DNA of 64,000 nucleotides from Epiperipatus broadwayi (taxonomy: Eukaryota > Animalia > Onychophora): NCBI GenBank assembly GCA_028023455.1, contig JAQFVV010000001.1:5022001-5086000 (forward strand), given 5' to 3'. Every line of letters starts with the position of its first letter. Within the stretch, counting starts at the first letter, position 1. The position numbers and the translations under genes are program-made. Below, in pieces: positions 1 through 13,000 of this stretch. Under the pieces are notes generated by a model. The model saw only the letters and a program-made list of their open reading frames with translations. It did not search any database and had not been told where the DNA came from.

Positions 1-581
1 AAATTTCATGTTTCTGAATTTTCAATAATATTTATTGCTAGCAAAATTTAATTAATGAATGATTAATTGTTAGGAAAGTGACAGGTTGAATTTTGATCCA
101 GGAATCTTTAGCTCTCAAGTTCATTATTTAGCCATTGTGCTAAATAAGAGATTAAGTTCATTTAAAATCTGTTATGGCATAAGGATAATAACAAAAAAAA
201 AAAAAATATTGGTTTAAATTTAATAAGATAGTCTCCCCCAATATATAAAATGTTCAGGTATCATTATATAGAGTGCCTGTATATTTTTTCATGATACAAC
301 ATTTATAGCATGTTAATTTCTTTATGTAGAATGAAGCAACACATCATTTTCAGAGTATAACTAGCTGGTAGCTACAAAATTTTCAGTTATAATCCTACAA
401 TTATATAATCACACATTAAGCCAATAAACATCACATGATCACCATTTCTTATACTTGCTTATAACTGTTATTAAACAAGCAAAACTCTATATGTATTGCC
501 ACTCATTGCAAGCCAGAGCAATCAATGGATGCTAGAAGGTTTGTGCATAAAATCCTCATCTAGTGTCTACTCATCCAATAT

Positions 582-621
582 CCCCAGACTAGTTTCTGGC
601 TTGTGGCCTTTGTCAGTGAGG
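582..621 (-). ncRNA. Minimal type-I hammerhead-like motif (family B-related), probably degenerate
   Basis: Minus strand reads CCTCA-CTGACAA-A-GGC-CACAA-GCC-A-GAAAC-TA-GTC^TGGGG. Stem I is CTCA/TGGG, stem II GGC/GCC, stem III the palindrome ACTAGT, and the cleavage triplet GUC. G8 is A, consistent with CpG decay of CTGACGA. Confidence 0.6.
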
Positions 622-1259
622 AGTCTTGGATCTGAGAGCACTATACCTAAATCTTAGGATCTAATGCAACCCTCCAGCAGTCATCTTTTACCTCTCCTTA
701 ACTACAAAACTAAAACACTGTAATATTTTCAATACATATAGAGAGTTTTGCCTCTTTTAATGATCATAAATTAAGTTAAAATTTTAATAAGTATGCATAA
801 CAATCAATTATAGGATATATTTTTTGATATTTGTATATTGTGTTTTTTTAAAAAACAAAACAGGATAGACATATAAAATATTATTGTCAATTTTTTCTTT
901 ATGTTTTCATCCAAACTTCATATTTATCAATATGTTTACTAGTACAGTTATGTACCCATAAATTTATTACAGTTATAATTGATTTGAACTATAGTCATTT
1001 GCATGTTTGCATTTCACATAAAATAATTAATATTTTTATTGATTAATAGATTTGAATTATCTTATTGTAATAGTCAAAATGAGCAGACAACAGCAAAATC
1101 ACCACTAGGGCGATTTAAACCATCTCAACTCATTCAAACCCACATACTACTTCATTTAATTAGGCTCGGTGATCAGGGAGAGAAAGAGAGACTCTTAAAA
1201 TTAGATTACAAATATATGACTTCCCTGTGGCAAACAAGACACCCAATGCAATAGATATA

Positions 1260-2350
1260 TATTATAACGTTTTCCGTTTTGCTAGGCCTCTACACGCTAA
1301 TATAAACTGCGCGCGAGTTGATCAAGTTATGTTGAAAAGAAGAAAGTTGTATTTCTATTTCTAAAAAACATAACTATATTTCCTGATCAAACTTGGCCTA
1401 TTAATTGTTGAGAATTATGCTATTGACGAAATCAGCTTTTAATTTATTCCATATGGGCGCCAGGTCCTTTTAGTCTAAAGAGACCGCTGAAATCTGTCGC
1501 CAGCACGTCTCACAAATAAAAAAAGAAAGAATACTTTTAACTTAATCGGTATTACATCATACCATAACGAGAATTATTTTTTTTAAGATTATTATTCCTG
1601 GGCTTATTGAATATATTGGCAAGGTAAATTCTGTTTTAAATCTTATTAAACTAATAATAAATTTAATACTAAAAAAATAATAACTATTATTAATAACACA
1701 CAATGAAAAGGATGATAAAAGTAAAATCTCTTTTATTCTAACAAACTAAAAATATTTATAAGTTAAATTACGAATTAACTAAACAGGAAAGTACACACAC
1801 ACTAATCCAGATAATGAATCGATTAACAAAAACAGTTAGATTAAGGAATTAAAGCAATTTAATAATGTCCCAAGATCTTGTATAAAATTCTTTATTAGAA
1901 AGTCCCTTGAATACGAAAAGAAAAGTCTATATCAGGATGGTAGTCTAAGCTTAGATAAATAATTGTTTGCAAACTTTTAAGTCACTATTAGGAAAATTTA
2001 TTCTTAACTTACTGGTGAGTTCTTGTAGGTTTATGGGATCCCAGATCATGAGAATTTCCATTGGTCTCTCCTGCCGGTGTCTTCCATTATTGTTCCGTTC
2101 TATAGCTGGAGAAAAGGCACGGTTGTAGTGACCCTTTTATTGCAAAAAGTGGTCTTCACAAGTCCCGTTTCCATGCTTGCGTGACAGCTTGGTACAGCAA
2201 GGGGCATACCTGTGTAGAAGTATATTTCTTGCCACAGGTTATGCTCGCGGAAACCTCCAACTTTCAGAGACGTAACTACAAGTTAAAGAGAAGACCCAGA
2301 TTGAAGTTGTCCTCTCCTTTTTATATCGCGATCCAGTTTATGAAACTTCT
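1260..2350. other. CpG-rich block, possibly a decayed LTR-retrotransposon gag remnant on the minus strand
   Basis: Many CpGs compared with the flanks. Minus-strand translation near 2210-2100 gives PCCTKLSRKHGNGTCEDHFLQ*KGHYNRAF, loosely resembling a double CCHC gag knuckle with stops and frameshifts. Weak. Confidence 0.25.
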
Positions 2351-2930
2351 GCACACTCTTTTATCTCTTTATCAGCATATAAGATAATAATCTTGTACAC
2401 TCTCTCTTAAATTTAAATTACAGAGTCTTAATTTTTTTTAGCATTATTCTTCCATCTTTAATTAGCTAAAATATTTTTCTTTTAGCTTATACTTTTGGAA
2501 TTCTTTTAATTTATCTGGATTAGTAATCTGCATGTCATTTATTCTTTCCAATTTTTATTTCCAATTAGATAAAAAAAAATAAGAATGATAATTTTAACTT
2601 TCATTGCACGTTTTAACAAAAATTATACTAATCAAAAAAAAATTTAAATTTACTTTTTTAGCTTTTACCAAATGCCAATATATTTGCAACGTATATACAA
2701 TACTTTATTAATAATAAAATTATAAACAATATAAACAAAAGAAATTACTACTACTTATTTGGTTGCTAGACTTATAAGAGATAATGGGAATTACATTAAT
2801 TAGTGATTATATGTGTCAAGAATTTTAAAAGTATAAGATATATATATATAAGGGATGATATGACATTTAATTTGTGATTGTATATATACAAGGAATTTCA
2901 ACACACACAAACATATATTTTGGATGGTAG

Positions 2931-2974
2931 ATTTGATGATTTCTAGGGCAGATTGATGATTTCTAGGGCAGATA
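2931..2974 (+). repeat. Tandem duplication of about 21 bp
   Basis: gat(t)tgatgatttctagggca occurs twice in direct succession. Confidence 0.85.
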
Positions 2975-5900
2975 TCCCCTAAGCAGATACATGACAATAA
3001 ATGAAGCAGGGTAAGTTTAATTGACTTAAGAAAAATATGGTTGAAATTGATGGTTGCATAGCTCTCATGATCATGACCCATAAATGCTGAAATATCAGGC
3101 TTTAACATACACAAAGAAGGAAGACAGTACTGAGTTGTTATAGTAATAAACAATTCAACAAAAAGGCAATGATGGGAATATATTTGCTTCTGCAAAGTTA
3201 GATTCAAAATTTTATAGAATAAAGGTGTCATGGAATGAAGGAATGAGCATCTTCATCTAACCCTAAATAATTAATTAACAGACAGGAATGATATACTGCA
3301 CTGGTAACAAGACAAGATCAAGAGGATACTTCGGGTCTGGAAAATGGAGTGTTCCTGTATTTGTGTGGAACTTAGACAAACAGAACCCATCAAATTAAAT
3401 CTTCCGAAGCAGGGATATACGCCTGCTGAAGAAATGTAATAAGATAATCATGAAATTAGATAACCCTGCAATGCTAAATTTATATAAAATAATAACCATT
3501 TGGATTTAGATTTGAATCTATATAAAATAAAACGTAAATGGTCATGTAATAAGTTTATAAATTATATGAACCTAAATCAGGGCCTACACAGTTATTATAT
3601 ACTTAAAATTTTTTTTATAAAGAAATTACTCCCTGCTTAATTAGAGATCTGCCACTTAGGTCTTACGTATATAAAGAATTGTTGAGATATAAACTATCTA
3701 GTATAATATACATATATATTTGGCAAAAGAAACAGTTTTAACTTTAACTTCAAACATTAAATTTTATTTTAAAACTGCAGGTTGTTTATAAATCACCTGT
3801 ATGCAGTACACATATATAATTATCCTATCCCAAAACAAAATAAAGTTTGCTTTTAATATTTTAACACTAGATCTTCATTTTTAAATTTGAAAGTTTTATA
3901 TAAACCATTGTAATTGTGTTAATAGCTAAATGACATTTTCGAAAGAACTGATTTTATATAGACAAGTTTAAAATTGGAAATAATAAAAAAAAAAATAGAC
4001 TAAATTAAAGGAAGGATTTAAATGTCTTGATTTGATAGAATTACTGGACTGTTATATATTTAGTCACAGAAATATATTTACTAAAATTTTCTCCATTTGA
4101 TTCTTAAATAATAAGTCTAGCAAATTTAAGAAGGATCAAGTATATTACAATAGTCAATCTTCCTTAATATGTACAATTAATTAAGAGTGCATTATAATAC
4201 AATAAGAGAAACATTTTAATAATATCATAAGAATATTTTATATAATACTAAGTAAAACAGATTTTAAAGAATGATTAATAAATTATTTAAAGCAAAGAAA
4301 GCAGAATATTAGAGAGGCTTTTATCATTTATCGTTTAACTGAAATTTATAAAGTTAAATTAAATTACTATTTTACCAAACCTCTAAGGATTTTGACAGCA
4401 GTAGAATGGCTTTCTAGTTACTTGGTGGCATTATATACTGGGCAGCTTTCTTTTGATGGCAATGACATAATGTCAGCAATTTGGATCATCAATTTTAGGC
4501 AGGGACTTTAGTGGCATCACATTTTATAGTACCAGGGAACTCCATACTCAGCTCCTTAGAGATGGTCAGAGAAATTTTGGTGATTTATTCACTGGTCATA
4601 GCATGATATAATTTAACAGCTTAAAAAAACTTTACAAATAAGTTTACAAGAATTCAAAACCTTTATTCCCTGCCCCTACATATATATATATCTCAAAACA
4701 AAGGCATCTGGATCTTTCAAATTGATTAATTAAGTTTAAAGAGAAAATTATTTTCTTTGCTATCTAAAAAAAATCTTACTGATTGCAACTCAATCTAGTT
4801 TGATTTCAAAATTTTAGTAATTGCATTTTCTTAATTAAATTCTAAATGTCTTTGATTTTATCTGGTCCTATGGTAATTATATGTATTGTCACCTTTTCCC
4901 CCTAAATAATTACAAAATTAGAATTTAATTTTTACATTGTTTTATCATCAATTGATTTTAATTAATTAGTTACCTACTATAACTTTAAATTTCATAACAA
5001 AATTACATTCCTTTTACATTCTTTTTTTTAAAAAATGCCTTAGTATTACAACTTAATGGCAATAAGATATATACATGAAGTACACACACACACACACACA
5101 TATATATATGCATGTATGTATATGATCACTTCAATATATAGATATAATTATTGTTATATAAAATGTAATCCCTTTACCATTAATAATAGAACAGAAAAAA
5201 AACACAGATTATGTAAATTATAGGAGTAAAAAATTAATGAGGGATTATTGCTCAAACAATATATACATTCTCAAAGAAAGACTATATAAAATATCCTAAC
5301 TCTTAAAATGCATTTTGAGCCAATCAAGATTTTTCAGTTATACCAAGTCACACAAAGCTCCCCAAATACCACATATCAGTTATGTTTTTAACATGCATTA
5401 TATATAATGCTAATGGTCTCTAAAATATATTGCTTTGTATTAATATATTTTATACAATTTATCTTATACATGTCACGTTTTTAGTAAATACATATTCACA
5501 ACAGTTGCTTTTTAGTAAATACTTAAATGATTATTATTTTTGTGTTAGAAATCAATATATTTACTTTAATCTTAGATATAGACTGTAAATTCAATAAAGA
5601 TAAAATATATCCAATATTTTTCACAGATGTGCAACAGTCTATATCTTTTAATTGCTCAGTGTGGCTGGGTTTAATGGAAGAGACCTGGTTGTATTGAAAT
5701 ACATCCAAGGAGCAATTAGCATATTTTATCCAATATTTTCAACTATGTGTTTGAAATGTAAGAAAGATGTAATTTTTAGAAATATAAAATAGATGTGCAT
5801 GAATAGGGATGAATTGTTAAAAGATGGAAATGTACTATGAATAATATAATATATTTGAGCTTATTGATTTAATATTTATTTATTTCCTGAAAGATGATTA

Positions 5901-7639
5901 TGTGAATAAGTAAATTTGTAAAGATATGGACTTGTATAATAAACAAAACTTTCTATTATTAATAGAAGTTAAAAAGGTAAAAAAGTACTGCAGTTACATG
6001 TAAAGTTTTTGTTTAATCTTTCATTTCATATAATTCTTACCAAAATTTATTTTGTAGCTAGGTTTAAATTCAGCACTGAAGCTTCTTGCCCATTTTGACA
6101 AATGCAAAATAAATATGGGATAATTTATTTTAATTCTGCATCTATTTCTTAAATTTGGCAAAATTTTTTGGTAAGCTCAATATCTATTTAAAACATGTGT
6201 TTTGTTAAGATAATAAAAAATGTTAATTCTATTTCTTTATGATCATATTATATATTTTTACTCCTTTAAATATGCTCAATTAGCATTTGCTTTCAGTAAA
6301 AAAAATATACTTACTGAATCTTAAGGAAGAATCTTGATTCAAACTACAAATAAATTAGTTAAGATATTTAACCTCTAGATTTAAAATCCAAATCTGGCCA
6401 TTTCCAATGTTCATTAATTATGATGTGCAATAAAAATTAAACCATTATAAAAAAACATAAATCTCCTCTCTCACTCAAGAACTTGGATTATCATATCAAT
6501 AACTACTCACCATAATGCACATTATGCCTTGTATTAAAGATACTGATTTTTATGAAATCTTTCAGTAGTCATAATATAATATTAGTAATTAATGATATGG
6601 TTAATGAATTGAATGTGTTTTTCAGAATTTTTATGTCAAAATTTTCTGTTTGATTAGTTAATTTTTTTTTCAACATACAAATATTCTTTTTATATGTTGA
6701 TGTAAATATTAGGATTAATAAAGTTTATTGTAAACATAAAACAGTGAAGATCTTGACCAGACATTGTACTACTTTATATTTATATCTCATTTGGAAAACT
6801 TTATTATTTCATTATAATTAATTGGTCTGAACTCTTCATTTTTAGTTTTTCTCACCAATATCATTTCTTGTATTATTCGTGAAATGAAGATGCTAAAGTT
6901 GAGCATTCATCATAGATGAGTTGAAACATATATATATTAAAATGAAGATTTTCATGGGCTACAGATATAAATGAAATGTTAATTGAGTATATCCATGTGC
7001 AATTTATTGTATATATATATACCAATGTTTTGGCCAATTATTTTTAATTATAATTATTTTCATAATATGTATTATCCAGTTTTGATGATCAGTGTGATCT
7101 GGCTGAAACATTGGTATATATACACAATAAATTATGCATGGATGTACCCGAATAACATTTCTCATATATATATTAAGCAAGGATACTCACTGCTTTTTGT
7201 AATGACAATTTTAAAATTCAGTATGTGTTTATTGTATGTTATGATGTCAGTTGATTATATTTATAATATATTGAGTTTTAAAATTGGCTGGTGAATAGAT
7301 TTTATTTTTTCTTTCAATTATTTTCTGTATAAAATTAGTTGGTTGGCCACCAAAGTTTACTATGCGATTTCTGCTTGATAGAATGAGAGAAATGTTAGGA
7401 AAATCTGAGACATTTGAAATGGGAAAAAAAAAACAAAGATGTATATTGGCTCCAACTTTGTATTTATTTTTATGGCAATAGTCTTTAACTGTTTTAGACA
7501 CCTTAATGAAACAGGAATGATGCAATAAAAGTTTGACGGTGGGAATTTTTAATTTAAATTGGTTAAAAAATTAAAACGATAATTTCTTTTTGGATTTACA
7601 ATATGCTAATGATTGCATTATTTTTACGATTTTATAAAA

Positions 7640-8520
7640 AGGAACTCTTTATTAGCTACTGATGAAAGAAAAACATTCAGCAACTTTTAACTTTATGATT
7701 ATTAACTTGAAATTGTAAGCCCATCTAAATATTCTTATAGTTTTTTAAAATAAAAAGCTGATCCTAGATATTGAGCTCCACAACAGACTTTAATGTACTG
7801 CTGCTAGTTTTATTAAGTCAAAAGATAGAGTATTTCATTGCAGGGAAATAGTTACTGAAACTAAATTATCCTTATGTAGAGCAGTTTGTTTATCTAGTTT
7901 ACATAGGAAAATGAAAGAAACTTGGACATTATATTCACATAACATAAAGGCATTAGAAAAAATCCATTCAAGAGTATTCTGCAAAATTTTAAAAATATAA
8001 TGACAAGATTGTAAGATAAATACATACATTCTTTAACTTTCTGGATGTAATATTATAGAATCCACTAAAGTAAAATCACATCTTCATTGGATTGGACATG
8101 TGAAATGAATGAATAATATCAGATTTCATAAAAGGATGTTTTATTGGAAAGTTGGGCATGGTTTTGATGGGAGAGACATATCTATTTGATGTTGTAAAGA
8201 TTACTCAAGGATATTCTAAAAAAATTACAATATTTATTGTTCTTATTGGAAAATATAGCAGAGAATTATGATTAGATATGGCATTGAATTTTTTCAGAAA
8301 GAAAAAGTTTGCTGTTATAAAAATGAAAAGACAGCATTGTAATATATCATAGTAGACCAGCATATTCTGTATATGGATGTTTTTGTCATTCATATTGATA
8401 CTGTCATTGCAAATTCATATCTAGCGTATTAATTTTATTCACTTATTTATTTATATATATTTTTTCTTTTGGAGTTGGAATAGCCATATTCATTTGTGAG
8501 TGACTACCTTTAATGATAAT
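7640..8520 (+). mobile_element. Decayed RTE-clade LINE, 3' fragment
   Basis: Broken frames match the RTE ORF C-terminus (TKL..YRAV.LS, ETW.LY..IKALE, L.WIGHV..M, KD.LK). The 3' tail ttttctt(t)ggagttggaat is shared with the copy ending near 19.8 kb. Confidence 0.7.
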
Positions 8521-8729
8521 ACTGATAGGTATTCTAAATACCAAAGTTTATTAAAAAAGTTCAGAGATATAAGTCTAAATATGAGATGCTAGAATAAGTT
8601 GTGTTATGAGGATGACAAATCACCATTGATAATCAATTTTCATGTTTGCTTATAATAATAGTTTGTTTTTTAAATATCCAATTTATCCTTGGACTGAGTA
8701 CTTATACAATGTATTTATTTAAAAAAAAA

Positions 8730-9960
8730 ACCAGCAAGATTCCACAGCACATTCATTTGTGCATATGGTTGGCCTATGGGTCTCCCAGTGAATGGAATAA
8801 TAGCAAGCATTTTTTTCAATCACTGCGAGAAACAAGTTCTACCCAAATACTATACCACAGTACCTAAAATAGTATACACATGTTATGTAGATGATCTATT
8901 TATATCTGCACCAGAAAACATAACTACAAGCATTCAGAATGACCTCCAAGCTCTCACAAAATTAACATTAAATGGAATATGGAAAGATGAAAAACAGGAA
9001 GCCAGATATTTGGACATGCAAATACAAAGAGATTCATCACAGCTCAACTATTGTATAATTATTAAATCTTTAGAAATAAGACATTTATATCCATCCAAAC
9101 TCGAATTCACCATTAACACACAAATTGGCTGGTCTGTCAGCTTTCCTGTTCAGAAACCACCACTTATGCAGAAAAAAACAACTTAATACACTACCTCAGT
9201 GACCTGGCAAAGGGTGGATTCAAACAAGGAAACATCAGTAGAAGAGTCAAGCAGTTTTACAACAATTTAAGAACTAAACAGACCAAATAAGACAACCACG
9301 TATACTATTGCCATACATACCTAATGTGGCCAAAAAAAATTTGCCACCAATTTGATGCAAGTTATCACCTGGCTACCAATAGGCTTATCAATAATTCAAA
9401 GGATAAAATTACATCAGTTGAAACACCACAAGTGGTGTACAAGATGACATGTGCCCAGATAGTTTGTGGGGTGACAGACATGTGCGGCACTAGCTACCAG
9501 AGTAGCACAACACAGATACATATACAATAAGTTGTGAATCAAATCTGAAGGTAGCTCAATATTTTTGAACATCAAATAGCTTCTGGTTACATGTTCGAAC
9601 CTATTACAGTTGAGATTGTATGCTCTGAGCAAAACGATGCCAAGTGCAAAGTAAAAGAAGCATGTTTTATAGCAGACAATCCTAATGCCATCAATAGGAG
9701 AGATGCCTGCTTCTCAATTTCTAAAAAACGGGCAGTCTATATAATTTGCATATATTTGCATACATCAACATTGTTCAAGCTAACACAAAACCATTATTAG
9801 CACAAACTATGAATATGGGAACATGTAACTCCTGAAAGCGTTAAGCTAGAAAGTATTGAAAATAGCTTCACTGATGTGCATTTAAGGCGCAACATATAGA
9901 TTACAAAGTGTATAGTATACAACTTTTTGAATATGTTTTGTAAGATTTTGTTACCAATTT
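8730..9960 (+). mobile_element. Penelope-like retroelement remnant (RT plus GIY-YIG endonuclease), inactivated
   Basis: ORF 8776-9186 has MGLPVNGIIASIFF (cf. PLE MGSPLSPxxANIFM), YVDD and YLDMQIQR. ORF 9324-9530 has VVYKMTC..C (GIY-YIG N-part). ORF 9591-9800 has EIVCSEQN..KCKVKEACFI...NAIN (typical PLE GIY-YIG C-part). Frames are separated by stops and frameshifts. Confidence 0.85.
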
Positions 9961-10439
9961 CATTTATGTAATTCAAATTATTAGTTTCATTAAAATCCTC
10001 TGATTAGATATTTTTGTAATTATCTTATCAAATATTAAACAATTTGTCTTATATAGTATTTGAGATATTCCTTTTTTTGTCTCAATAATAATCACTTTAG
10101 TTAAATTTAAAGATGGAATACATCATACAACATTAGAATGTATTAAATTTATCCATATCACTTTTTTTTATGCTCCATCAAAAACAAATAATTGTTTTTT
10201 AAATTAATAATGTTAAACACTATAACTTAAGACTTAAACTGTGTAATAAAATTGGTGGCAAGATAAAATTATTTTTAGCATAGTTATTATTAAAAACATC
10301 TTTACAAATAATGAAAATATATTAAAACAATAAAATAATTTTAAAACAATTAAACAAAAAAGCTTATTATTATGGTTTAAACATCTTGCAGGGGGCACTG
10401 TGACAGTTTTGTTTTCTTTAGTTGAAAGTTTTCAATTTT

Positions 10440-13000
10440 AATATTGAAACAGTAGGATTCGTATTCGAATCTTAAGTTTCACCTTTTTCTATCGTCTCTC
10501 TCACTCACCGGTCTATCCTACCCAAATTTAAACTTTTTGGTATCGAATTGTGTGTGTAGCAATATTAAAAATGTATAGATATATGTAGAATTCACCATAA
10601 ACACGCACACATTTCGATCTCAAATTTAGGGCAATAAATAAAGATAAATAATATAACTTAGATTTCTTTTTTTAGTTATAAAAACATATATATTTTAACC
10701 ATTTATTTTAAATTGTAAAATCCGTTATTTATTGCTTTGTTTAAATTTCATTTAATAATATTTTAGAAATAGATTGTAATATTTAATTAAAAGTAAAAAT
10801 AATCGTATGTTCCCTTTTTGTCTTTGAAATTTTAAAAGCATCGGTCGGTGAGAGATAGTAGATTAATTAAAAAGAAAAATTCCCTAAAATTTAATTATAA
10901 AAATTAAATGTAAAATCTAAACATAAACAATAGAACGGCAGCTTTCTTTATAATTAAACTAACAAAAATGCATTGATAATCCTCAGGGCAGATTAAGTGG
11001 AATCTAAAAAAATACACTAATAAAAATGTAAAAGATAAGATCTAAGAAAGGAGGCCATTTTAGACTTTCTAGAGACTTTCACTTTAACTTTAGCTGTGCT
11101 CTCAATCAGTTGAGAGTCTCCAAGATATTAAATAAATTTTTCCTGCCACGGTATGATCGAGTAAAAGCGCCCAGACTATTCTCCTCCCGGAGGTGGCCTA
11201 TCGGATGCCAAACCTTCCATTGCCCTTCATAAATTCAACCACGAAGATCTGCTGCCTAAAATAATGAGAAAGATGCTGCTGCTGTTAAATTAAATGAACC
11301 ACCTAAATACAGGAAAGAACTGCTAATCATGAACAATTTGCTACTAACCAATGGAATTGGAAAATTTCTCATAAAACAGGTACCTGTGTCCAAATTCTCT
11401 AGAGTACTCTATTAATATCTAGCTACGCTTATTCATTCTGTATATAACTTATAAATTGTAGAACTATCATTTGAAATGCTCAAAATTTAATAATTAATAT
11501 GTAAACTTCTTTAATAATCTAGCCTGCCTAACTCTATCTTTCTTGGGTGCGTTTTTCTAAAATCTATATTTATTATTTAATTATTGCATGCTCATAATTG
11601 TCTAAATATAAATCTATGATCGCTTGAAACAGTGGATGCGTGTCAAATTTTCATTAATATTTACTTTCATAAATAACTTAATATTTTCATATAAATCGAC
11701 ACGCATTCAATGCTTCCTTTATTGTAATGTAGGGGTCCACTGCTTAGCAAATGGCTGACGTGTTAGTGTAATAATCACCCAGTTTTTATATGTTTTATAT
11801 TTTATTAAATCTTGATTAATAATTCCATAAAATTGCATTTCTTTGAGAGTCGCAAACATTCATTATTAAATGTTAATAGTGTAGGGCCGAGTTAGAAAAT
11901 ATATTTAAATCTTATCAAAATCGTCTATACATTATACATGTGTTACGTTTTAGAGACGCGATGACCCATTACAAGCCTTGAATATTCCGGATTCTATAGG
12001 GTTGAAATTAACCCCAGTCATCCTACACAAGCGGACATAATAAATGCTCCCGTAGAGCTAGACGACCGTCACGCAGCCAGCAGGCAATCGTGGCACGAAC
12101 CGCTTGTCCCTGGTTATGTGACACCTTACCTCTTTGGGCCGATGGCAAACGCCAGCCCGTCATTCTTATAAACATTCATGGCTATGCAGTTTCAATATAC
12201 TGCCATTCCATATCGCCTTTCTAAAACGTACCACGTATTTCTTTACTTAACTTGATTATTCTATGTATAACTCTGTCCCTGCATTGGTGACATAACTCGC
12301 TCTCAAATAAATGTTTGCCCTTAGTTATTAGTAAATATATCTTATAATTAAATATATGTCCGCCACTACTATTATAAATCTTATTTTAGACTCTTGCATT
12401 GCAAATGTATAAATCCCTAAAGGCATGCCTTAGAAATATTTGCTCAAGAATTTTAGGTAGCTAGATTATGTCATTAAATAAATATATTTCTTTTGTAAAC
12501 ATTACAGTATTGGAAATACTGCTACTGAGGTCTTAAATATAAAATATGTCTAAATAAATAAATGTATTTCTTTAATATATAATAGTATCGGAAAATCCCG
12601 CTACTGAAACTTTAAATCTTCGCAAATATTGCTAGTAAATGATTTATCATTAAAATGTTTTAAATAAATAATTTCAAACTACATCTGCAGTTACATTTTA
12701 TTTATTCGATACCCATTCTATATAATATTTCCTCGATTATGTAAATATGAATGTTTAATTAATATTAGTGTGATTATTGGCTAACTCGAAAATAAAATCA
12801 TGAATCTCTTGCATATCCCTGACCACCGTGCCTAAAGAAATGTTTACTAATGTCGCATCAGATGCATTGTTTCGTAGATTGTATTGTGGAACCGATAAAC
12901 TATGTTCGAACTTAGTACTACGGGTGGCTTTGCTACCTAGATGATGCTGCAGTTCTGTGTGGTGGTCAAATTCTGCACTATGTTAACGAGTCACACGTTT
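10440..13000. promoter_or_regulatory. CpG-rich island (putative unmethylated promoter region or young elements)
   Basis: Dense CpGs compared with the flanks. Contains a YY1-like GGCCATTTT (11053-11061) and AAATGGCTGACGTG (YY1/CRE-like) near 11750. Confidence 0.5.

Noticed and set aside
3405-3475. CTGAAGA...GAAA with flanking GCAGGG/CCCTGC as a hammerhead
   Set aside because: Stem II is only ATG/CAT without a G-C closing pair, and the bases next to the core do not pair in stem I.
11999-12014. TAGGGTT/TAACCC as a telomerase RNA template
   Set aside because: There is less than 1.5 repeats of the C-strand, and the motif is explained by a local hairpin.
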